Assembly (NCBI GenBank): GCA_015062525.1
Contig: SUUM01000003.1
Coordinates: 24,012 to 88,011 of the forward strand
Length of the DNA stretch: 64,000 nt
Reading direction: 5' to 3'
Origin: Alphaproteobacteria bacterium
GTDB lineage: Bacteria; Pseudomonadota; Alphaproteobacteria; Rs-D84
Shown here: positions 40,046 to 49,343 of the stretch, piece after piece
How positions within the stretch are numbered: position 1 is the stretch's first letter
How the letters are laid out: each line of letters opens with the position of its first letter
Program-made: the position numbers and the translations under genes
The notes under the pieces: model-generated
What the model saw: the letters and a program-made list of their open reading frames with translations, nothing else
What the model was told of the DNA's origin: nothing
The model's database searches: none

Positions 40046-40846
40046 TTATTTCCCTTTTTTCTTATTTGCTTTTTTTGCTTCCCTTGCTTCGCGCTTTTGT
40101 TTTTTATAAGCACTACTTTTCATATCCTGTTCAATAAATGGCAAGCCAAATTCCGCATCCAATTCGCGCATTTGCGCAACCATAAAATCTTCTAAATCCT
40201 TGCGGATTTTTTCAAACTCTTCTGCGGTTGCACGTTTTGGCACAAAAATCGGATTACCAATATTATATACAATTTTGTTAAAAGGTAATGCCAACAGATA
40301 CTTATCCCATCTGTCCTGAATCCAGGCACGTTTTGCGGTAAAGCAAACCGGAATAATCGGTGCGCCGGACATTTTTGCAAAATACAAAGCCCCCTCTTTC
40401 ACCCGCAACGATGGCCCGCCGGGTCCATCGGGCGCCATACAAATACCATGGTCCCCGCGCGCCAGGACGCGCAACCCTTCGCGCAGTACCGACACCCCGC
40501 CCTTGTGGGACGACCCATAAATTGCCCGCAATCCGAACAAGTGCTGTAATTTTGCCATCATACGTCCATCTTTGTGGCGACTTGCAACCGCATAAGCATG
40601 CATTCCCCCCAAACAAATCAGCGGACTTAACATCAAACTGCGCCCATGCCAGAACACAAAAATCGCCGGTTTTTTGCGATATTTATAAAAAACTTCGATA
40701 TTAGTAATCTTTTTAATAGACGTAAAATAAGAAAGCCAAATTGGGATTGCCATGAACACGGCAATAACCCATTGAAAAAACCCAAGTCCCAAAATAGGTT
40801 CCCAAAATTTTTTCCACGCTTTTCTAAACGTTAATTTATCAGACAC
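40046..40846 (-). CDS. DUF374/lysophospholipid-acyltransferase-like membrane protein (the gene usually found between waaA and lpxK in alphaproteobacteria)
   Basis: N-terminal TM, HG…D acyltransferase-like core, lysine-rich C-terminal tail. Conserved position 3 nt upstream of lpxK. Confidence 0.5.
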   Translation of the reverse strand: MSDKLTFRKAWKKFWEPILGLGFFQWVIAVFMAIPIWLSYFTSIKKITNIEVFYKYRKKPAIFVFWHGRSLMLSPLICLGGMHAYAVASRHKDGRMMAKLQHLFGLRAIYGSSHKGGVSVLREGLRVLARGDHGICMAPDGPGGPSLRVKEGALYFAKMSGAPIIPVCFTAKRAWIQDRWDKYLLALPFNKIVYNIGNPIFVPKRATAEEFEKIRKDLEDFMVAQMRELDAEFGLPFIEQDMKSSAYKKQKREAREAKKANKKKGK

Positions 40847-40996
40847 ACCAAACCCTTACTTTTAATTACATATTGGCTAAATCTTAGCAAACAAAAAAAT
40901 ATAATTCAAGAAAGACTAGGAAAAGCCCCCAAAATCTGCAAAGACAATTTTTTATTTGACTATTATCATAAATAATATACAATACACACACCTTAT

Positions 40997-41073
<77 letters not shown>

Positions 41074-41210
41074 GTTAAAACAAAAAACGTACCCCTGTGG
41101 TACGTTTTTTTGTTTTATACCTGTTGCTGGATTTGAACCAACGAAGAAGGTGGTTCAACCGCAGAAAATAGGCGCACGTGTACGCCGGTTTGCGCCCCGC
41201 GCAAAATTTT

Positions 41211-41240
41211 CAAGGTCGCTAAATCCATTCCCCGCAACCA
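41211..41240 (+). repeat. Direct repeat of the tRNA-fMet 3' end (aaggtc…aaatccattccccgcaacca), 167 bp downstream of the tRNA. An att-like remnant.
   Basis: 20/20 identity with the last 20 nt of the tRNA. Additional inverted T-arm fragments at 41130-41140 and 41148-41163. Confidence 0.8.
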
Positions 41241-41390
41241 CGAATTTTCTAAAAATACCGCGTTTGCGGTATTTTTCTTTAGAAAATTCAGTGTCTCGGC
41301 GTAGTGAAACGAAGACGGACCATAACTACAAATTTGCGCACAGCCGGCACCTTGTGCCGAGCGAGCGAAATCCACCCCCACCCCGCGATT

Positions 41391-41765
41391 TTACCTTTTA
41401 ATATAAACAAAACCCTGGGGGGCGGTACGAACACCAAAGTCAGATAATGGACGTGGTACGTCAAACCTTAACACATGCCCCAGTTTATATGCATATGCAA
41501 TATTACCCCCACTAAAATAAGAATCAAAAAAACCGCGGTCAATCCCCGCTGCATTGCATGTCCGCGCCCAAACATCATCTGGGGTCCCTGAAATAATGCC
41601 ACATACATCCACAGCACCCACAACCGAACAAATCGGACGCGTGGCATATATGACAATTTTATCCACATTACACAGCGCAACACGACGCCGAAATTCAAAT
41701 TTCTTGTCGCCGGAAAAAATTCTTTCTATAAATTCTGGTTTTATTGCCAATAATATTGTTGCCAT
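41391..41765 (-). CDS. ASCH-domain protein (PUA-like fold)
   Basis: GxKxxExR motif (SGDKKFEFRRR). About 125 aa. The ATG at 41765 is preferred over the ORF-track TTG start. Confidence 0.55.
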   Translation of the reverse strand: MATILLAIKPEFIERIFSGDKKFEFRRRVALCNVDKIVIYATRPICSVVGAVDVCGIISGTPDDVWARTCNAAGIDRGFFDSYFSGGNIAYAYKLGHVLRFDVPRPLSDFGVRTAPQGFVYIKR

Positions 41766-41814
41766 AAATTCAACCTTTGAATACAATTATACACAACAAC
41801 AAATGGAACAAAAA

Positions 41815-42402
41815 ATGAAAAAAATATTAATATTATCGACTATATTATTTACAACCGCCGCCCACGCGGGCATATACACTAACACAGGCAATTTTCGCCC
41901 ATATATTGGGATTGATGCCGGCTTAAATATTGCCGATTACACATACAAGACCGAACTGGATGAAACATATTATTCTGCGACAATAAACGCAGGCGCCCGT
42001 ATTGGTCGCAATTTTGGTGTGGAATTATTTTTCACACATTCATCAACAAACGAACTTGAAAACACATATGATTTTTCTGCAATAAATCACGAGTTATATT
42101 ATATGGCATACGGTTTTGATATTTATGGCTATTACAATATAACGAACGAATTTAATTTCTTTACCACATTTGGTGTTGCAAATTACAAGACATATAATAA
42201 ATACACCTATATAAACACCTTAACCGAAACATCCGAAAAAACAGACGAAAACGATGTCAGCACCCGCATTGGCATTGGTCTGATGTACACATTTCCATCC
42301 GACAAAGTATCAGCATTAATTAAATATCAATACACCCCAATTAATAATGAAATGATACAAACAATGTCAGAATTTTCCGCCGGATTCAGATATAATTTTT
42401 AA
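41815..42402 (+). CDS. Small outer-membrane beta-barrel protein (OmpA-like/OmpW-like 8-strand barrel family)
   Basis: Signal peptide MKKILILSTILFTTAAHA. Alternating aromatic beta-strand pattern and C-terminal …AGFRYNF. Paralogous to the ORF at 48411-48992. Confidence 0.6.
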   Translation: MKKILILSTILFTTAAHAGIYTNTGNFRPYIGIDAGLNIADYTYKTELDETYYSATINAGARIGRNFGVELFFTHSSTNELENTYDFSAINHELYYMAYGFDIYGYYNITNEFNFFTTFGVANYKTYNKYTYINTLTETSEKTDENDVSTRIGIGLMYTFPSDKVSALIKYQYTPINNEMIQTMSEFSAGFRYNF

Positions 42403-42612
42403 CATGTGTTTGCTGATATAAATAAGATTTTAGCAGGGTAAGTTGCGGACTTAATTCCCCTTCGCTGGCGAAGGGAATTAAACTTTTATTTATCTAAGTA
42501 TTATTTATTCATTAACTGCACTCTAAACTCTGCACACTGCACTCTAATAAAAATCCCCATCAACCGGGCCCCGCGCAAACGAATGTTTGCGTGGGTGGAC
42601 ATTGGGGGATTT

Positions 42613-43227
42613 TTATTTACACTTTTTTAATTCCTCGCCTGATTCCATTCTATCGATTTGTTTATTTTTTATTTCCACATCTGCAAAGATTTTTTGTTTT
42701 ACCAACACAACATCTGGGTGCGATTGCAATTGCATATTCATATCATCAACCACCGAATCAATCATATCGCGTGATTTAACAAATTGTGGCATAACAGATT
42801 GCGCCGCACTATAAACAGACTTTTGTAATTCCCCCTTGAAATCATCAATCACAGACAAATAAGTTTTTATATGTTTATCTTCGTGCGCTAACACCGCATT
42901 ATATTCACATGTTTCTGGAACATTACGAATATCGATATTTACCACAAAATCATTATATCCAACCACCGCATTAACGGATTTTAGCCCAACACAAAACCCA
43001 CCATCAACCGGCACAACATCTGCATTAATCTGATAATTATCAACCATAGTCGCGACAACATTACCATGCAATTTGTCCATTTCATGACGTGGTTGCACTA
43101 TGGTCTTATTCCAATCCGGTACATTAATATAGACGGCGGGAATTTTTTTATACGCCACACAATCCACCGCCAACCCCGGCAAAGATACAAGAATACAAAA
43201 AACAAAAAATAAATATTTCACCACCAC
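42613..43227 (-). CDS. Secreted hypothetical protein immediately downstream of virB4 (possible VirB5/TrbJ-like minor pilus protein)
   Basis: 204 aa with a signal peptide (VVKYLFFVFCILVSLPGLA). GTG start embedded in a copy of the dispersed repeat. 19 nt after the virB4 stop, so the same operon. Confidence 0.4.
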   Translation of the reverse strand: MVVKYLFFVFCILVSLPGLAVDCVAYKKIPAVYINVPDWNKTIVQPRHEMDKLHGNVVATMVDNYQINADVVPVDGGFCVGLKSVNAVVGYNDFVVNIDIRNVPETCEYNAVLAHEDKHIKTYLSVIDDFKGELQKSVYSAAQSVMPQFVKSRDMIDSVVDDMNMQLQSHPDVVLVKQKIFADVEIKNKQIDRMESGEELKKCK

Positions 43228-43245
43228 TAACCACTTACACTAACA

Positions 43246-45669
43246 CTAACCACTCTTTTTCAAATATTCATTAACAAAATTATTACCATACATTTTATAC
43301 AATTCTTCGGCCAGCAATACTGACGAACGTCCCGATTCAAACAACCGCAACAAATTCCCCAAACCACCAAGTTCTGTATTCAAAATCACCGATTCCCCAT
43401 TAACCGGTCGCGACAACAACACCGCGCGTTTCAGGTTTGGATATGCCTTGCCCTGGATAAATGCCATTTCCAACGGGTTCAAATTCCAATGCGCATAGTC
43501 TGATGCATCGGCGGCGGGATTTCTGAAAAACATAACAGTCTGGGCCTGGCCACGCACCACATCCCCTACCCCCAATTTATCAAGGACATTAGCACGTTGG
43601 AATGCAACCATGTACGCCTGGCGATTTTTGCGTCCTTCTTGCAATCCTGTAATAAAATTATCACGGAACATTTTGTTTTCCAGCATTGGCGCCGTTTCGT
43701 CAATCATAATCAGCGACGGATTACCACCCGACACAGTAATATTATTAATTCTGTGTAATATATAAGAAATCACCGCAGGCGACAAAACTTCGTCCTGTAA
43801 AATATCTGTGAAATCGAACGTGGTCAGACGCGAATGCAAATCCAACGTATCGGACGCTTCGTTAAACATATCGCCATACTGTAATGGGTCAACCCATTTT
43901 TTAAGTGCCGCCCGCATATTCCCCGACGACGAAAAACAACTTTCCCACAGGTTTTTCAGCATTCTATCTTTATCGGACAAATAGTCAAAATTTACAGACA
44001 CCGCACGCGCAATTTCATCCGCAGATGCGGCATCACTTTGCCCTGAAATAATTGCAAACCACCGACGCAGAAACGCACGATTTGCCGCCGTATCCGGCAT
44101 TTTCAGCGGATTTAAGTGGGTCAAGAAACTTTGTGCCATTGGGTCTGAATTTTTCTCTTTCCCCTGCATGGTGATGTACTTTCCACCCACGGCCAGCGTG
44201 AAAATCTCGGCGCCTTTATTTCTGTCAAAGAAAAACGCCTTTAACTTTGGATGACGCAAACTTTGCGCGATTAAAAATGAAAACAATGTTGTTTTACCAC
44301 CACCTGTTGGCCCAATTGTCAATGTATGTCCAACGGCCGCCGGCTTATCAGACACATGGAATTGAAATTGATACGGAGTCCCCTGGGCGGTTGGAAATAC
44401 AACCAATGGTCCCGGTCCCCAATCCGAGTTTTCAACACCCCGCGGTTGCGTTGACATAGGTATTGAAATTGCCGCCGCACGCGATAACAATTTGAAACTG
44501 CGCGGAAATACATTAAACCCAGGAATCTGTGCAAACCAAGAAACCTTGGACGCGAATGTTTCAACAACCGGTGAAATACCGAACTGGGCTGCGATTTTTT
44601 TAAATTCATCAACATATTTTTGTAAATCTTCGCGCGTCGCACCAAATAATACAAACAGCGGGTAATAATCAACCAAACTTTGATTACCACTCAGATTTTC
44701 ATCCATGGCATTTTGCGCCTCGGAAATTTGTGTTTCGGTTGAATCCCGTCTTTCATCATCTGCGGTCGAACGCTTTTTACGTATAGTACTTTCAACATCC
44801 GCCGCGCCCATAATATGAAAACCATTCATGGCAATCATTTCTGTTTGAATTGTTGACACACTATCAAAAAATTCTTCATCCAGATAATCCGGCGAAATTT
44901 TAAAAGACAAACACGCGGCAAAAGATTGTTCCCCACCACTTATATATCTAATAATACCATCACGCAAAAATTCAACATCATCAACGGTTGTAAGTTTTGC
45001 AATATTGTTATCGGCACGTTTTGGTGCGGGCTTAGAAATCGGCGACAAAATCCGTCCAAAGAAACGCGCCATATTATCCACGCTGTCATTTTTCAACACC
45101 ACCGGTTTATACGCCGCCAAAATAGATTCTATATAATTACCATATTGATTCAGTTTTGCCCGCGCATCCACCCCAGCAACAGACACCACTATATAATAAT
45201 TATTCAAAAATATTTTTAATCCCTGCCCGCGCCATTTATCATAAATGCGTTGCAATGTCGGCTGATCAAATTCATAGTTTGTATTTTCATCCGCCGCATC
45301 ACGCACCATATAAAACCGCAACACTACATTCGGGTCGCGAATCTGATTAAACAATTGCGCCCGCAAATCCAAGAATTTTTCTTTTGTCGCATCATCTTGC
45401 ATACTGGTCTGGACACCTGCTACGCGATAAACTCGAATTAAACTGCCGTCTGTCAACTGCATAGAATTATCAGTGAACACGGTCCCGAATGGCAAATAGC
45501 TGGAATATTTCGCATAACCAAATTTTGGGAAAATTTTTCGCGTCAGTGCCGGCACATACATCATCAGCACCAGAAACAAGCACAACGCCGCCAGCACCAA
45601 AACCATCAACGTAATTGGGAATCCGCTGCCTGCAAAGTATTCAAAAAAACCGTTTAAATTTTCAATCAT
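43246..45669 (-). CDS. virB4: Type IV secretion system ATPase VirB4/TrbE
   Basis: 807 aa. Walker A GPTGGGKTT, Walker B region (…LIMIDETAPML), N-terminal membrane segment. Overlaps virB3 by 4 nt. Confidence 0.9.
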   Translation of the reverse strand: MIENLNGFFEYFAGSGFPITLMVLVLAALCLFLVLMMYVPALTRKIFPKFGYAKYSSYLPFGTVFTDNSMQLTDGSLIRVYRVAGVQTSMQDDATKEKFLDLRAQLFNQIRDPNVVLRFYMVRDAADENTNYEFDQPTLQRIYDKWRGQGLKIFLNNYYIVVSVAGVDARAKLNQYGNYIESILAAYKPVVLKNDSVDNMARFFGRILSPISKPAPKRADNNIAKLTTVDDVEFLRDGIIRYISGGEQSFAACLSFKISPDYLDEEFFDSVSTIQTEMIAMNGFHIMGAADVESTIRKKRSTADDERRDSTETQISEAQNAMDENLSGNQSLVDYYPLFVLFGATREDLQKYVDEFKKIAAQFGISPVVETFASKVSWFAQIPGFNVFPRSFKLLSRAAAISIPMSTQPRGVENSDWGPGPLVVFPTAQGTPYQFQFHVSDKPAAVGHTLTIGPTGGGKTTLFSFLIAQSLRHPKLKAFFFDRNKGAEIFTLAVGGKYITMQGKEKNSDPMAQSFLTHLNPLKMPDTAANRAFLRRWFAIISGQSDAASADEIARAVSVNFDYLSDKDRMLKNLWESCFSSSGNMRAALKKWVDPLQYGDMFNEASDTLDLHSRLTTFDFTDILQDEVLSPAVISYILHRINNITVSGGNPSLIMIDETAPMLENKMFRDNFITGLQEGRKNRQAYMVAFQRANVLDKLGVGDVVRGQAQTVMFFRNPAADASDYAHWNLNPLEMAFIQGKAYPNLKRAVLLSRPVNGESVILNTELGGLGNLLRLFESGRSSVLLAEELYKMYGNNFVNEYLKKSG

Positions 45670-45962
45670 GCTGCTAACTTCCCTGGTATTTTACGTTTTA
45701 ACAATTGAATTTTTGCGGTGATAATCTGTCCGACCTGCGGGTCTCGTTTTGAATAAATAGCCATAATTGAATGAACAATTATCACAGAAATTAAAAAAAA
45801 CATCGGATTTACAGGATTTGCCCCTTTTGTAATAATCAGGGACGCCACAAACAAAACAATCCAAATCAGGAATTGAATAACAAAATTCAGCACCGCCAGC
45901 GAATAAGGCACATAAAAAATATGCGCCGGATTTGCCAATGCTTTTAATACCTGCTGTTTCAT
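45666..45962 (-). CDS. virB3: Type IV secretion system protein VirB3/TrbD
   Basis: 98 aa with two TM helices (LAVLNFVIQFLIWIVLFVASLII; MFFLISVIIVHSIMAIY). Immediately upstream of, and overlapping, virB4. Confidence 0.7.
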   Translation of the reverse strand: MKQQVLKALANPAHIFYVPYSLAVLNFVIQFLIWIVLFVASLIITKGANPVNPMFFLISVIIVHSIMAIYSKRDPQVGQIITAKIQLLKRKIPGKLAA

Positions 45963-45969
45963 TCTCTTT

Positions 45970-46190
45970 CCGTCCTGTTGATAATTATAACAATTTCAAC
46001 AATTTTCAACAAGTACAAAAAGCCCCCACCCCAATTTTGTTAAAAGTGTTGAAAACACCCCCTTTTTTTAACTGTTAATTATTTTGCAAAATTTTCAACA
46101 ATTTTACAAAAAGGCCGGGAAACCCCGGGAATTTTTTGTTGAAAACCTGTTAATAAAAAACTAAAAACCATTTTCAACAATTTCAACAGC
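45970..46190. promoter_or_regulatory. Array of at least 8 copies of the motif TTTTCAACAA(T) in both orientations, upstream of the virB3-virB4 operon. Candidate iterons or regulator-binding sites.
   Basis: Motif positions about 45973, 45992, 46003, 46046(rc), 46089, 46136(rc), 46169 and 46180. Interspersed GC hairpins (ggccgggaaaccccgg). Confidence 0.4.
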
Positions 46191-46275
46191 CTCTACTACT
46201 ACAACTAAATAAATAATATATTATTTGATTTTTCAAAAAATATGTTTATAATCGCCTTGTAAAAAGGATAACGAC

Positions 46276-46410
46276 ATGAAATTTTTAAGTTCCTTAAAGG
46301 CTTGGAAGAAACGCGGTAATATTAAACAAATCCGTCGTGGAAAGCAAGTAATCTTGATTGACCCTGATAATCCAAAGTTCAAAGCGAAACAGGGCTTCAA
46401 AAAGAAATAA
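46276..46410 (+). CDS. rpmJ: 50S ribosomal protein bL36, Cys-less (zinc-independent, YkgO-type) form
   Basis: 44-aa ORF MKFLSSLKAWKKRGNIKQIRRGKQVILIDPDNPKFKAKQGFKKK aligns along its whole length with YkgO/RpmJ2. AAAAAGGA RBS. Terminator hairpin at 46413-46436. Too short to appear in the ORF track. Confidence 0.8.
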   Translation: MKFLSSLKAWKKRGNIKQIRRGKQVILIDPDNPKFKAKQGFKKK

Positions 46411-46519
46411 AAATTCCGCCAATCGGCGGTTTTTTTAGTGGTTAGTGATGTAATTCATGATTACCGCGATAAATAAAAGTTTGGTATAGTAAAATGACTG
46501 ATACCAGATGACTAAACTT

Positions 46520-47188
46520 TTACTCACTTAAAAATGCTTCTTTTAATGCCACGTCAACTTCGGCGCCCGACAGTCCCGCCCCGCGCAAATAAAATACCTG
46601 GGCATCGGTTGGTTTGTAAATGCTTGCGCTGTGGTCGGCACGTTTGGGTTCTGATTTTATTCTTTGCCCCGGCATAAAATCAATTTTTGCACCCACGTCC
46701 GCCATCGCAACAAAAGCGATATCGGATTCGCACCCGTCGCAATCTTTATCAATTACCGCCATGCCTGACAATTTTGAATTTGAATTTTTCCCGGCTAAAA
46801 CTTTATTTTTTATCAAAATAGCCGTGTTTTTATACAAATGTCGCGCCCGACAATCATATGTTAAATCTGATTCATTATCTAAAAATACAGTTCCCGAAAT
46901 TTTAGAATTTTTCCCGGCGTTTTTAATAAAAATGTTCAAAATTGCCGGCTTTTTTATTTTTACATTTGCGCTGATAATAACTTCTTGGTTTTCCACACCA
47001 ACCAAAACATCCAACCGGTTTTCCCCGGCAATTTCACCAACATAGATAATATGAACCGGCAAATCATACTTTGTATTAATTGGCGCGTTTGGCAATGTTG
47101 ATAAATCAGCACAATAAACACCATCGCGGAAAACGATAGTTTCCGCAGGTCTGGTTTTTATGTTGAATTCGTTCCACATGTATGACAT
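46520..47188 (-). CDS. SufD/SufB-family-like protein, short form (222 aa). The CDS contains two in-frame copies of an intergenic hairpin repeat.
   Basis: C-terminus …AQVFYLRGAGLSGAEVDVALKEAFL resembles the conserved SufB/SufD C-terminus (…FYLRSRGI.EEA…GF). Beta-helix-like repeats present. Repeat copies at 46775-46835 and 46907-46960. Confidence 0.4.
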   Translation of the reverse strand: MSYMWNEFNIKTRPAETIVFRDGVYCADLSTLPNAPINTKYDLPVHIIYVGEIAGENRLDVLVGVENQEVIISANVKIKKPAILNIFIKNAGKNSKISGTVFLDNESDLTYDCRARHLYKNTAILIKNKVLAGKNSNSKLSGMAVIDKDCDGCESDIAFVAMADVGAKIDFMPGQRIKSEPKRADHSASIYKPTDAQVFYLRGAGLSGAEVDVALKEAFLSE

Positions 47189-47215
47189 ATTATGCCTATT
47201 ATAAAGGATTTAGTT

Positions 47216-48295
47216 ATGGGATTCAATTGTGGAATTGTAGGCCTGCCAAATGTTGGTAAATCTACATTGTTTAATGCGTTAACACAAAGTGCCGCCGCCG
47301 ATGCGCAGAATTATCCATTCTGCACAATCGAACCGAACACGGGCCGCGTTGTTGTGCCGGACGCGACATTACATGCCTTGGCGCGTGTGGCGGGGTCGCA
47401 AAAAATATTACCGACGCAATTGGAAATTGTTGATATTGCGGGGCTGGTACGTGGTGCATCCGCGGGCGAAGGGCTTGGGAATAAATTCCTGGGGAATATT
47501 TTATCAACGGACGCAATTATTCATGTTGTGCGTTGCTTTGAAAACGACGATATTGTGCACGTCCATGGCAAGATTGATCCATTATCTGACATTGAAACAA
47601 TTGAAACAGAATTAATGTTGGCTGACCTTGAAAGCATTGAAAAACAGATAAAGAATCTAGAAAAGCGGGCACGCGGTCTGGACAAAGATGCAATTAAATT
47701 ATTGGCTGATGCGAACACGATTAAGTCGAATCTAGAAAAATCGATACCTGCGCGTCTGGGTGATGTTGATTCAACGCCGTTTAATTTGCTGACAACCAAA
47801 CCGGTTATTTATGTCTGTAATGTGGACGAAGCGTCCGCCGCCACCGGCAATAAATATTCCGATATGGTTCGTGAAAAATTTGGCGCAACAAATGATGTTT
47901 TGGTTATTTCGTCAAAAATAGAAATGGAAATTTCCCAAATTGTTGACCCGGATGAAAGGAAAATGTTCCTGGATGACTTGGGGCTGACCGAATCCGGTCT
48001 GGACCAGGTTATCAAGACAGGCTATAAAACCCTGGGCCTGCAAACATATTATACCATTGGCCCGAAAGAGGCACACGCCTGGACAATAACCGCCGGTATG
48101 ACCGCGCCCCAGGCGGCGGGAAAAATCCATACTGATTTTGAACGTGGCTTTATCCGCGCCGAAGTTATCAGCCCAGACGATTTCATTTCATTAGGTGGCG
48201 AAGTTGCAGTAAAAGAAGCCGGCAAAATGCGCCTTGTCGGTCGTGATTATGTGATGCAACCCGGCGACATCTGCCACTTCTTATTCAACACTTAA
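47216..48295 (+). CDS. ychF: Ribosome-binding ATPase YchF (Obg-family GTPase)
   Basis: G1 GIVGLPNVGKSTLFNALT and a C-terminal TGS domain. Start at the ATG at 47216 (MGFNCGIVG…) with an AAAGGA RBS, rather than the upstream ORF-track start. Confidence 0.95.
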   Translation: MGFNCGIVGLPNVGKSTLFNALTQSAAADAQNYPFCTIEPNTGRVVVPDATLHALARVAGSQKILPTQLEIVDIAGLVRGASAGEGLGNKFLGNILSTDAIIHVVRCFENDDIVHVHGKIDPLSDIETIETELMLADLESIEKQIKNLEKRARGLDKDAIKLLADANTIKSNLEKSIPARLGDVDSTPFNLLTTKPVIYVCNVDEASAATGNKYSDMVREKFGATNDVLVISSKIEMEISQIVDPDERKMFLDDLGLTESGLDQVIKTGYKTLGLQTYYTIGPKEAHAWTITAGMTAPQAAGKIHTDFERGFIRAEVISPDDFISLGGEVAVKEAGKMRLVGRDYVMQPGDICHFLFNT

Positions 48296-48357
48296 TCCAC
48301 TTCGCTGGCGAAGGGGTGCCGGCGCCGCCGGCGGGGTAGTGGATAAATAAATATGTT

Positions 48358-48406
48358 AAAAATTTCCCGGCTTTTTTGATAAAAATGTTCAAAAAAGCCG
48401 GGATTT
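48358..48406. repeat. Hairpin repeat R1 (aaaaatttcccggcttttttgataaaaatgttcaaaaaagccggg). Second intergenic copy at 49946-49990. Degenerate in-frame copies inside the CDS at 46520-47188.
   Basis: Near-identical 45-bp copies, each abutting a gene 3' end (OMP gene, dnaG), where they act as terminator-like hairpins. Confidence 0.85.
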
Positions 48407-48410
48407 TTAT

Positions 48411-48992
48411 TTAGAAACGATAACCGATACTTGTTGTTAACTTGAAACCAGATGTATCAACAGAATATTCATATCCATTTACATTTGTTTCAAAATTCAT
48501 AGATTGATACTCTATTCCCGCTTTGATGTTCATATTGTCATTAAAGTTATATTTAATACCCGCACCAATGCCGTATGCGTATGCGGTGTCATCAAAATTT
48601 ATACTGCCGTCATCATATTCCATGCTGGCAAAACCTAATTCGGCCATAACATATGGTTGAATATCATTATCCATAAATGGAACGACCGCACGAACATTTA
48701 ATGCCAATATTTCTTCTGTGTCCGAATCTGAATATTCCGGTGCAAAACCAATTTGTACACCATCAAAATCTGCACCAATATAAGCTATACCACCACCATT
48801 AAATGCTGATGCATCTGCTTCGCCAACTTTTTCACCTTCTATTTCATAATCCGTCGAAGAATTTGAATATAGACTTATGCCATATTCGACAAAGAATCGT
48901 GGATTAAATTTATTTTGTTCTTGTATATTTTCTGAAGCAAAAGAAGCGATTGGTAAAAAAGCCAATGCGGCGATAATTGAAATTTTTTTCAT
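48411..48992 (-). CDS. Small outer-membrane beta-barrel protein (paralog of the ORF at 41815-42402)
   Basis: Signal peptide MKKISIIAALAFLPIASFAS. C-terminal …TTSIGYRF. Confidence 0.6.
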   Translation of the reverse strand: MKKISIIAALAFLPIASFASENIQEQNKFNPRFFVEYGISLYSNSSTDYEIEGEKVGEADASAFNGGGIAYIGADFDGVQIGFAPEYSDSDTEEILALNVRAVVPFMDNDIQPYVMAELGFASMEYDDGSINFDDTAYAYGIGAGIKYNFNDNMNIKAGIEYQSMNFETNVNGYEYSVDTSGFKLTTSIGYRF

Positions 48993-49260
48993 ACATTCCC
49001 CTTTTTATTAAAAATTAAACCGTCAGAAATGACGGTTGGGGTGGTTCATAAATCGCTTTGTCATCGATTCTGTTGATTTTTTATTTTCCTGTATTTTATA
49101 TATCAACACCCCCCGACCAAAGTCGGGGATTTGCGGTCTTAATTACACCGGACAAAGCAATCCTACGACAGCCCCAAACCCACATCCCTGTGGATTCAGC
49201 ATAAATTATACCACAAAAACAAACATTTTTAATATTTTGAAAATAAAAATCCTTTCACAT

Positions 49261-49285
49261 CGTCACCCCGACGCAGGTCGGGGTC
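49261..49285. repeat. Left 25-bp inverted repeat (cgtcaccccgacgcaggtcggggtc) flanking the GIY-YIG gene. Exact reverse complement at 49680-49704.
   Basis: Perfect reverse-complement match. Each arm is itself a palindrome (ccccgac gcag gtcgggg). A third copy at 49857-49925 is split by a nested 42-bp palindromic insert, and a solo copy of that insert lies at 49758-49796. Confidence 0.85.
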
Positions 49286-49343
49286 TATTGCGTTCCTGAT
49301 ACCACTTGCGCTGGAAAATAAAAAACAATAAAATTAAATCATT

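Noticed and set aside
41115-41401. Two mutually antisense ORFs (88 aa and 83 aa) downstream of tRNA-fMet
   Set aside because: They overlap each other almost completely and lie within the tRNA-fragment/att remnant region. Neither has an RBS or a recognisable fold signature.
49036-49299. 87-aa ORF inside the repeat-dense region upstream of the GIY-YIG gene
   Set aside because: It is composed largely of palindromic repeat sequence (ccccgac…gtcgggg). No RBS.
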